Shown in pieces: positions 15,355 to 22,744 of a stretch of DNA of 25,611 bases; position 1 is the stretch's first letter, and the number at the start of each line of letters is the position of its first letter. The DNA is from Flavitalea sp. (GTDB taxonomy: Bacteria > Bacteroidota > Bacteroidia > Chitinophagales > Chitinophagaceae): assembly GCA_040508255.1 (NCBI GenBank), contig JBEVNF010000072.1, positions 1 to 25,611 on the forward strand, in the 5' to 3' direction. A program made the translations under genes and the position numbers. A model generated the notes under the pieces. The model was given only the letters and a program-made list of their open reading frames with translations, had not been told where the DNA came from and searched no databases.

Positions 15355-16605
15355 ATGAAAAGAGTAGCAATTACCGGGCTCGGTTGTATCACTCCATTGG
15401 GCAATTCAGTTGCTGAATTCTGGGAAAAGATACTTGCAGGAGAGAGCGGCGCGGGGCCGATCACAAAGTTTGACGCATCAAAATTCAAGACCCGCTTTGG
15501 ATGCGAGGTCAAGACATTTGATGCCGAGGCATATTTTGAAAAAAAAGAACTCAAAAAATACGATCTGTTCACCCAGTACGCAGTTGCGGCGAGTGACCAG
15601 GCGATCAAGGCTTCCGGTCTGGATTTCACCACCATGTCAGACGCAGACAGGTCCGAAGTAGGGGTGATCTGGGCTTCAGGCAATGGCGGTATTGGTACAT
15701 TCGAACAGCAACTGGAAGATTTTCATAAGGGAGATGGTACCCCAAGGTTCAACCCTTTCTTTATTCCAAAAATGATTGTGGATATCGCGGCGGGGGTGAT
15801 CTCAATCCGTCACAAACTACATGGACCTAACTATTGTACCGTTTCAGCCTGTGCTTCTTCAAATACCGCTATTATAGCTGCCTTTGATACGATCAGGCTG
15901 GGTAAGGCAACGATCATGGTTGCCGGCGGTTCCGAGGCTGCGATCACGCCTGCATCAGTTGGTGGATTCAATGCGGCCCAGGCGCTTTCAAAAAATAATG
16001 ATAATCCGCTTACTGCTTCAAGACCGTTTGATAAAACACGGGATGGATTCGTGATCGGCGAAGGTGCGGGTGCGCTTATCCTTGAAGATTATGATCATGC
16101 AATCAGCAGAGGTGCAAAGATCTATGCCGAGATGGTTGGTGGCGGAATGGCCGCTGATGCATACCATCTTACAGGTACTCCTCCGGATGGCTTCGGTGCT
16201 TCACTTGGCATCCGCAAGGCGCTTGCTGAAGCTGGCATTACGCCTGATAAGATCGACTATATCAACGCACACGCTACATCCACACCCCTGGGTGATATTT
16301 CTGAGCTGATAGGTATCAGCAATGTATTTGGAGATCATAAGGTTGCGATCAGTTCAACCAAATCAATGACGGGTCACCTGTTAGGTGGTGCCGGTGCAAT
16401 TGAAAGCATTGTGAGTATCTGCTCTGTGATGTATGATAAGGTTCCTGCAACCATCAATACAACAGAGATCGATGAACAGATCCCTGCCGGTTTGAACATT
16501 GTAATAGGCAAATCAATCGATCAGAAAGTGAATTATGCGCTTAATAATACTTTCGGGTTTGGTGGACATACCGCTACTGCGATCTTCAAAAAACACGAAC
16601 CATAA
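15355..16605 (+). CDS. fabF: Beta-ketoacyl-ACP synthase II
   Basis: Starts MKRVAITGLGCITPLGN. Catalytic Cys in TVSACASS, His in YINAHATST, His in KSMTGHLLG, and C-terminal NNTFGFGGH. The true start is ATG 15355, not 15277. Confidence 0.95.
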   Translation: MKRVAITGLGCITPLGNSVAEFWEKILAGESGAGPITKFDASKFKTRFGCEVKTFDAEAYFEKKELKKYDLFTQYAVAASDQAIKASGLDFTTMSDADRSEVGVIWASGNGGIGTFEQQLEDFHKGDGTPRFNPFFIPKMIVDIAAGVISIRHKLHGPNYCTVSACASSNTAIIAAFDTIRLGKATIMVAGGSEAAITPASVGGFNAAQALSKNNDNPLTASRPFDKTRDGFVIGEGAGALILEDYDHAISRGAKIYAEMVGGGMAADAYHLTGTPPDGFGASLGIRKALAEAGITPDKIDYINAHATSTPLGDISELIGISNVFGDHKVAISSTKSMTGHLLGGAGAIESIVSICSVMYDKVPATINTTEIDEQIPAGLNIVIGKSIDQKVNYALNNTFGFGGHTATAIFKKHEP

Positions 16606-16631
16606 AACTCCGGTAATCATAATTTATAAAG

Positions 16632-16658
16632 ATGCCCTGCTTTCGCGGGGCATTTTTT
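16632..16658 (+). terminator. Intrinsic terminator after fabF
   Basis: ATGCCCTGC-TTTC-GCGGGGCAT followed by a T-run. Confidence 0.85.
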
Positions 16659-16725
16659 ATGGCAGGTAGTTATCGTGAAGCGTGTTAATTGGATGACCGG
16701 TAAATTTCTTAGGGGTCAGTGAGAT

Positions 16726-16733
16726 TAATTTTG
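16726..16733 (+). promoter_or_regulatory. Putative -7 promoter element
   Basis: TAATTTTG is an exact TAnnTTTG match 29 nt upstream of ATG 16763. Confidence 0.45.
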
Positions 16734-16762
16734 ACGCCATCTTTCTAATCTTATCTGCCAAT

Positions 16763-17224
16763 ATGAATCTTTTTTCCTGTGTACTTTTTGTGTACACGTG
16801 CTTTTATTTTGTAACTGCGGGCCAGGCAGTTTTTTACAGGTTATGCTTCGGGCAGGTCTTCCTGAAAATTCCCGCAACAAGTTTCCTCGTCATACGAAAA
16901 CTTGCAGATCCTTTGCTTGAACTCAAACTGAAGATCGTTTATTTTGGTGGGCTGATTACCGGAGTTGCTTTGTGTGTAATGAGTATTACTCAGCAATCAA
17001 TGTATCAGATTGCGTCAATGAGTTCCATGTTATTTTTCGTGACGGATCTCGTGTTTGCAAAAAAGTACAGTATGCCGTTAAATGAGAAGATCAGGCTTGC
17101 AACGTTGAATGATCATGCGACTGCTGTATCCTTACAGAAAGCATGGATACGATGGATACTGATCAGGGGAAATCTTGCATTGATTGGTTTTGCGGTTATT
17201 TTGCTGGCGGTTGTAATAAGCTGA
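16763..17224 (+). CDS. Integral membrane protein, DUF1772/anthrone-oxygenase-like
   Basis: 153 aa with about 4 hydrophobic helices. PLN..I followed by W..W...R before the last helix is the pattern I associate with this family. Confidence 0.55.
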   Translation: MNLFSCVLFVYTCFYFVTAGQAVFYRLCFGQVFLKIPATSFLVIRKLADPLLELKLKIVYFGGLITGVALCVMSITQQSMYQIASMSSMLFFVTDLVFAKKYSMPLNEKIRLATLNDHATAVSLQKAWIRWILIRGNLALIGFAVILLAVVIS

Positions 17225-17250
17225 AAGCCCCGCGGGGCGGGGCTTTCTAT
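17223..17250. terminator. GC-rich hairpin, possibly a bidirectional terminator
   Basis: GAAAGCCCCG-CGGGG-CGGGGCTTTC is a perfect 10-bp stem overlapping the stop codon, followed by TATTCT on the + strand. Confidence 0.75.
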
Positions 17251-17390
17251 TCTAGGTTAAATTGTGTTCAGGACGGTTGTTTTTCCCGGAATACGGATTG
17301 ATTTTCAAAGGTCAGGATTTAAAGGGTGTTCGGTCAGGGGCCTGGTTTCAAAGGATATGGGTGGTTTTCTTAGGATACGGACAATTATCT
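17223..17390 (-). ncRNA. Candidate small RNA made of degenerate ~20-nt repeats (strand inferred, not certain)
   Basis: Seven GGA trinucleotides on the + strand within 17271-17381, in recurring units like TTTTC..AGGATACGG. A -7-like CATCTTTG on the - strand (17405-17398) points into the repeats, and a hairpin closes the far end. No ORF of 60 aa or more. Confidence 0.35.
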
Positions 17391-17869
17391 GATGACACAA
17401 AGATGCGGTACAATTAAACATTCACCATGATATGTGTTGTGTTTATTGGTGAAATGAATGGTTCAGTTCAAGAAGTTCTAAAGATTACCACTTAATACAA
17501 ATGGGTTACACATAGCCGTGAGCAGGTTAATCGTGATCAATATCGAAGCTGTAACGATAAGTTGATTTGTTTTGATAATTTTTTTGTGCTAATTTAAATG
17601 AACAAACTGCTACTATGCATCAGCGTTAGTATCGCAACGATTCCGTCCCTCCGAAAAAAATCTCATACATAGATCTGCTGCAGGTTAATTATGTCAAAAC
17701 CAATGTTGGCGTTTAAATAATTTTTCCTGTGAAAAACACTTAGTCGTTCCGCCATCGCGTAAAGCATCGGCAGGACGACTTTTTCTTGCTTTCACCATTC
17801 CACCTTAAGTTTCAGCAGTTCATCACAAAGCGTTTCCTGTCTTTAATGATTTGAGAAATCTTTGCAGTT

Positions 17870-20275
17870 ATGAAGTTTACAGCCATAATTCTGTTTTGTG
17901 TTATTAGTGTATTTGCTGCGACTGCACAGGAGTCGGGCTCTTTCCGTGGAAATATTTCAGTAAATGGTGCACCACATTCCGGTGCTACCATTGCCTTGCT
18001 CAGACAAACTGATTCAGTACTGGTGAAGTTGTCGCTTTCGGATAAAGAAGGTCATTTCGAATTTCTGAATATTCCCGTAAACAAATATCTGCTTCTTGTT
18101 ACATCAGTTGGCTATGACTCAGTGTATGCGATAGCTGCTGAAGGTTCCTCAAATGATTTCACGCTGGTTGCAAAATCTCAGTCGCTCGGCACTGTGACCG
18201 TGGTTGCAAAACGACCGCTTGTTGAAGCACGTCTTGATAAAACAATAGTGAACGTTGATGCTTCACCATCCAATGCGGGTGCCAATGCGCTGGAGTTACT
18301 GGAAAAATCACCCGGGATTTCTGTTGACAAGGATGGTAACATCAGTCTCAAAGGCAAGCAGGGCGTGATCGTTCTGATGGATGGTAAGCAAACCTATCTC
18401 AGTGGTCAGGATCTTGCGAATCTTCTTCGCAGCATGCCTGCAAGTCAGCTCGACCAGGTTGAGATCATGACTCAGCCATCTGCCAAATATGATGCGGCAG
18501 GAAACTCTGGTATCCTGAACCTGAAAACCAAAAAAGCAAAAACAATGGGCTTTAATGGGAGTGTAAGTGTTGGTTATGTGCAGGGTATCTATCCGAAATC
18601 ACCCAATAGCTTTAACCTTAATTACCGCAAAGGAAAGGTGAATCTGTTTGCAAACGGAGGGTTTACTTACTGGGCCGGAAACGGTGAACAAACTTTAAAC
18701 AGGCGATTTGGACAGGGAAATCAACGTTATGTTTTTGACCAGGCGGGTGACGCACTTAATCGCAGCAGTTCATACAATGCCAGGGTGGGTGCTGATTTTA
18801 CGATCGATCCCAAAACAATCATTGGGGTTGTTGTGGGTGGAAATTATAGTCTCAGGAACAGTACCAACGACAGCCGTGGAAACTTCTTTGCTGAAAATAC
18901 AATGGTGGTTGACTCAGGTATTCTTGCATATAACAGGCAAAGAAATCCGTTCAAAAACTTCAGTGCGAATGCAAACTTCAAAAGAACATTGAACAAGAAT
19001 GGAAGGGAATTAACCGCAGATATCGATTATCTTAAATACAGTTCTGAACTTCAGCAGTTCACAGAGAACCGCTCTGTATACCCATCAAAGGCCGATGATG
19101 TTTATTATCTCCGTGCTAACCTCCCTTCAGAGATTGATATCTATACAGCGAAGATAGATTATACGCATCCATTGGGGAAAGAAGCAAAATTTGAAACAGG
19201 TGCCAAAACAAGTTATGTAAGAACTGATAATAATGCACCCTATGAAACACTTGATAAAACGACCGGCGAATGGATCGATGATGTAAGAAAAGATCATTTC
19301 AGGTATGCGGAGCAGATCACGGCAGGTTATATCAATTTCAGCAAACAGATCAAAAAGTGGGGTTTCCAGGCAGGTTTGCGGGGAGAACACACTCACTCAA
19401 AAGGTACGCAGGTGTTGCTCGCTAAAAGTATTTCGCGTGATTATTTTCAGTTGTTCCCTACTGCCTATATCAGTTATTCTATGAATGACAAAAACCAGTT
19501 TGGTCTGAATTATGGAAGAAGAGTGGAAAGGCCGAATTACCAGGATATGAATCCGTTTCAACAGTTTCTCGATCTCTACACTTTTAACCAGGGAAATCCT
19601 TATCTCACCCCTCAGTTTACTCATAACATTGAACTCAGTCATATTTTCAGGAGTAAGCTCAGTACAACTTTAAATTACACCCGTACAACAGATATTATTA
19701 ATGATATTCTTGTGCAGGACGATGAAACGAAGGTTACTTACCAGACAAAACAAAATGTTGCAACAAGGCGTAACATTGGTCTGGCAATCAGCTATAACGC
19801 GCAGCTTACAAAATGGTGGACCACCAGTTTGTATGGCAATGTTAACAACAATTATTTTGAGGGACTCGTGAATAATGCGATGCTCAGCACTGATATAACA
19901 TCGTATAATGTGAACATTAACCAGCAGTTCCGGTTTGCAAAAACATGGGGAGCGGAGGTCAGCGGATTTTATCAGAGTAAAATGTTGTTCACCAGTATGT
20001 TTTTGCTTGAGCCTATGTATGTGGTTTCATTTGGAGCAAGCAAACAGGTACTTAAAAATAAAGGAACTGTTAAGCTGAGTGTTATTGACCCTTTCCGACT
20101 TCAGCGTTCGAATGTAAAGATCGATCACTCCAATGTTGATATGTATGTGACCAATCTTTGGGATAACAGGAGGGTGGGACTCACATTTACGTATCGTTTC
20201 AGTAAAGGGCAGGCAGTTCAGCAGCGCAGAAGAGCTTCCGGTTCGCAGGACGAGCAGAATCGTGTATCCCAATAA
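17870..20275 (+). CDS. TonB-dependent receptor / outer-membrane beta-barrel family protein with an N-terminal carboxypeptidase-regulatory-like domain (not SusC type)
   Basis: Signal peptide ends ATA|Q. N-terminal Ig-like domain (GATIALL...SDKEGHFEF..I...YLL.VTSVGY), plug motifs LELLEKSPGISVD and IEIM-like QVEIMTQPSAKYDAAG..GILN, barrel strands with ERPNYQDMNPF and GNPYLTP, and a C-terminal FTYRF followed by EQNRV. Confidence 0.88.
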   Translation: MKFTAIILFCVISVFAATAQESGSFRGNISVNGAPHSGATIALLRQTDSVLVKLSLSDKEGHFEFLNIPVNKYLLLVTSVGYDSVYAIAAEGSSNDFTLVAKSQSLGTVTVVAKRPLVEARLDKTIVNVDASPSNAGANALELLEKSPGISVDKDGNISLKGKQGVIVLMDGKQTYLSGQDLANLLRSMPASQLDQVEIMTQPSAKYDAAGNSGILNLKTKKAKTMGFNGSVSVGYVQGIYPKSPNSFNLNYRKGKVNLFANGGFTYWAGNGEQTLNRRFGQGNQRYVFDQAGDALNRSSSYNARVGADFTIDPKTIIGVVVGGNYSLRNSTNDSRGNFFAENTMVVDSGILAYNRQRNPFKNFSANANFKRTLNKNGRELTADIDYLKYSSELQQFTENRSVYPSKADDVYYLRANLPSEIDIYTAKIDYTHPLGKEAKFETGAKTSYVRTDNNAPYETLDKTTGEWIDDVRKDHFRYAEQITAGYINFSKQIKKWGFQAGLRGEHTHSKGTQVLLAKSISRDYFQLFPTAYISYSMNDKNQFGLNYGRRVERPNYQDMNPFQQFLDLYTFNQGNPYLTPQFTHNIELSHIFRSKLSTTLNYTRTTDIINDILVQDDETKVTYQTKQNVATRRNIGLAISYNAQLTKWWTTSLYGNVNNNYFEGLVNNAMLSTDITSYNVNINQQFRFAKTWGAEVSGFYQSKMLFTSMFLLEPMYVVSFGASKQVLKNKGTVKLSVIDPFRLQRSNVKIDHSNVDMYVTNLWDNRRVGLTFTYRFSKGQAVQQRRRASGSQDEQNRVSQ

Positions 20276-20300
20276 TTGCAGACAGTTAGCATAAAAATTG

Positions 20301-20327
20301 AAAGTCCCGTATTTGCGGGACTTTTTT
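20301..20327 (+). terminator. Intrinsic terminator after the TonB-dependent receptor
   Basis: AAAGTCCCGT-ATTT-GCGGGACTTT followed by further Ts. Confidence 0.85.
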
Positions 20328-20372
20328 GTGTGGTTAGGCTTTATCTTTAAGTCATAATTCAAACTTTTAGCT

Positions 20373-21212
20373 ATGAAATGGATGGGCAGACGCGAAAGCG
20401 GTAATGTTGAAGATCGCAGGGGTAGTGGTGGTGGCAGGATGGCCGCAGGTGGAGGCATTGGTGCACTGGTGATAGCCGCGATCATTTATCTTTTGGGGGG
20501 CGATCCTTCGCAGGTGTTGCCAACTGAACCGTCTTCACAGCCCCAGGAGCAGTCATCTGCTGCCAAGGCGGAAGATGATCAGCTTGCGAAATATCTTTCA
20601 GTCGTGCTTGCAGACACCGAAGATGTATGGGATTCGCTTTTTACGGCAAGTGGTAAACGTTATGAACATCCGGGTCTTGTCCTGTTTTCAGGAAACGATC
20701 AGTCAGGCTGCGGTCCGGCAGATGCGGGGATGGGCCCTTTTTATTGCCCTGCAGACAACAAGATTTACATTGATCTTTCTTTTGTGCAGGAACTGCAGGA
20801 GCGTTTTGGGGCAAAGCAGGGTGATTTTCCGATCGCGTACGTACTTGCACATGAAGTTGGTCACCATGTTCAGCATTTGCTTGGTATTACTCAGAAAACG
20901 GCCAGGCTTCGTCAACAGCTTACTTCTACAGAGTATAATAAAGTCAGTGTTCAGGTAGAATTACAGGCAGATTTCCTGGCAGGGGTTTGGGTACACTACA
21001 ATCAGAAGATGAAGAACGTACTTGAGCCCGGCGATATTGAAGAAGCATTGAGTGCTGCTGCCGCAGTAGGTGATGATAAAATTCAACAACGTTCTTCGGG
21101 CAATATACGCCCGGATCTTTTTACACATGGTACCGCTGCGCAGCGTATGGAGGCTTTTACCAAAGGTTATAACACCGGTGATCTTTCACAGAGTCCTGCA
21201 GTTTCTAATTAA
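20373..21212 (+). CDS. Neutral zinc metallopeptidase (YpfJ/Zn_peptidase family), membrane-anchored
   Basis: N-terminal RRESGNVEDRRG, a Gly-rich TM segment, GPFYCPAD..IYID, zinc motif LAHEVGHHVQ, ELQADFLAG, and FTHGT..QR. Confidence 0.92.
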   Translation: MKWMGRRESGNVEDRRGSGGGRMAAGGGIGALVIAAIIYLLGGDPSQVLPTEPSSQPQEQSSAAKAEDDQLAKYLSVVLADTEDVWDSLFTASGKRYEHPGLVLFSGNDQSGCGPADAGMGPFYCPADNKIYIDLSFVQELQERFGAKQGDFPIAYVLAHEVGHHVQHLLGITQKTARLRQQLTSTEYNKVSVQVELQADFLAGVWVHYNQKMKNVLEPGDIEEALSAAAAVGDDKIQQRSSGNIRPDLFTHGTAAQRMEAFTKGYNTGDLSQSPAVSN

Positions 21213-21283
21213 CTGAATACTGCAGTTTGCCGGAGCTTCAAGACTGATGGCTTGCTTATTGTGTACATGGCGAAACGCTTACC

Positions 21284-22186
21284 ATGAACGCAAAAGTCGC
21301 AAAGAAAAAAACGGCAGCTAAAAAATCAGCAGCAAAAAATATTAAAGAGATCCCTCCGCAGAAGCAGACCAAACAACCGGGGGTTGAAAACAAAATGGAT
21401 CCTGAGCCAATATACGATAATGGCAAACCGGGATTAGGCAGATTAAAGGGTAAGGTTGCCATTATAACCGGTGGTGATAGTGGAATTGGGCGTGCAGTTG
21501 CAATCAGTTTTGCGAAAGAAGGTGCAGATATTGTAATAGCCTACCTGGATGAACACGATGACGCAAAGCAAACAGCTGATGATATAAAAAAGTATGGCCA
21601 GGAAGTATTGCTCATACCAGGTGATCTGAGCGATGAAAAAAATTGCAAGAAGGTTGTTGATAAAACAATTGCAAAGTTTGGATCCATCAATATACTTGTC
21701 AATAATGCCGCGCAGCAATATGTACAGAAGAATATCGAAGATATAACCGCGCAACAACTGCATAAAACTTTCTCAACAAACATTTATCCTTATTTCTATA
21801 TGTCGAAGTTTGCCATGCCACATCTCACGGATGGCGATGTGATCATTAATACAGCTTCTGTTACCGCTTTCAAGGGTAATCCGCTTCTGATGGATTATTC
21901 CTCAACAAAAGGTGCAATAGTAGCGTTTACAAGAGCTTTTGCTGAACCAGCGCTTGAGAGAGGTGTGCGTGTGAATGCTGTGGCACCAGGTCCGGTCTGG
22001 ACACCATTGATTCCTGCATCGTTTGATGAAAAACACGTAGAGGAGTTCGGTAAGAATACGCCAATGAAACGTCCTGCGCAACCATTTGAAATTGCAGGAT
22101 CTTATGTGTTCCTGGCAACAGACGAGAGTTCATTTATCATCGGGCAGACCATACATCCAAATGGCGGTTCAATTATAAACGCCTGA
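21284..22186 (+). CDS. Short-chain dehydrogenase/reductase, general-stress YhdF/YghA-like subgroup
   Basis: N-terminal PPQKQ..QPG.E..MDPEP extension, TGGDSGIGRA, LVNNAA, catalytic YSSTK, VNAVAPGPVWTPLI, and TPMKRPAQP.E. Confidence 0.92.
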   Translation: MNAKVAKKKTAAKKSAAKNIKEIPPQKQTKQPGVENKMDPEPIYDNGKPGLGRLKGKVAIITGGDSGIGRAVAISFAKEGADIVIAYLDEHDDAKQTADDIKKYGQEVLLIPGDLSDEKNCKKVVDKTIAKFGSINILVNNAAQQYVQKNIEDITAQQLHKTFSTNIYPYFYMSKFAMPHLTDGDVIINTASVTAFKGNPLLMDYSSTKGAIVAFTRAFAEPALERGVRVNAVAPGPVWTPLIPASFDEKHVEEFGKNTPMKRPAQPFEIAGSYVFLATDESSFIIGQTIHPNGGSIINA

Positions 22187-22510
22187 TCAGTATGGTGTGA
22201 TCATATCATAGTTGCTGATCCATCTGTATGGATACGGATCCTCATGTCCGGTAACGCTTTTGAAAATCTCGTTTACAATAGCTTTTCTCAGCAAGCCGAG
22301 ATTGCCGGATGCGTGGGTGTTACCCATCTTGAGGATCTGACCATTCTTCTCATAAAGCAGACTATGGTTACCTGCATTTAACAGGTTGTCAAGTTTCTGA
22401 TTCATGATCCTGACGTGATAGAATGACTTGTCGCCAACCTGGCGGTGGCGCACTATTGCGTAATAATCCTTGTTCTTGAATGTGAAGTTTAAGCTCCTGC
22501 AGTCTTTCAT
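22187..22510 (-). CDS. Hypothetical protein (about 107 aa)
   Basis: Open frame with a plausible soluble protein sequence. ATG at 22510 is preferred; the track start is TTG at 22525. The stop abuts the SDR stop. Confidence 0.6.
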   Translation of the reverse strand: MKDCRSLNFTFKNKDYYAIVRHRQVGDKSFYHVRIMNQKLDNLLNAGNHSLLYEKNGQILKMGNTHASGNLGLLRKAIVNEIFKSVTGHEDPYPYRWISNYDMITPY

Positions 22511-22693
22511 AAGTATCAATTTCAATTTGTTTATAAAGTGTACGGAAACAAGCTGATAATCTCTATATGAGTTTCAAGTGCAGGCAATCGAAGGCAGATA
22601 GCTAAATTTAAGCTATTTTTTCAATAATCAATCTTAATTACTGGTTGATTATATTCTCCCAAGTTCGTTATTCGTTCCGTTAACCCAGGTTGG

Positions 22694-22733
22694 TTAAAGA
22701 TCGATGCCCGGATAACCGGGCATCAATCTTTAA
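22694..22733 (-). terminator. Long hairpin terminating the susC/susD-like transcript
   Basis: TTAAAGATCGATGCCCGG-ATAA-CCGGGCATCAATCTTTAA pairs at 17 of 18 positions and lies 11 nt past the SusD-like stop. Confidence 0.8.
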
Positions 22734-22744
22734 ATTTAATTGAA

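Noticed and set aside
17095-17107. TTGCAACGTTGAA palindrome resembling a LacI operator
   Set aside because: It lies deep inside an unrelated coding sequence, far from any promoter of the sugar locus.
17271-17381. Calling the repeat tract a CRISPR array or a bona fide CsrB/RsmZ RNA
   Set aside because: The units are degenerate, have no unique spacers and no cas genes are nearby. The promoter-like motif points to the opposite strand from the GGA motifs, and no csrA is evident. It is kept only as an unnamed sRNA candidate.
17598-17672. 24-aa ORF MNKLLLCISVSIATIPSLRKKSHT after an AT-rich leader, sharing its first 11 nt with the 14621 microprotein
   Set aside because: It looks like a signal-peptide start, but neither frameshift at the A7 run gives a recognisable protein. 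It is too short to support without conservation or Ribo-seq data.
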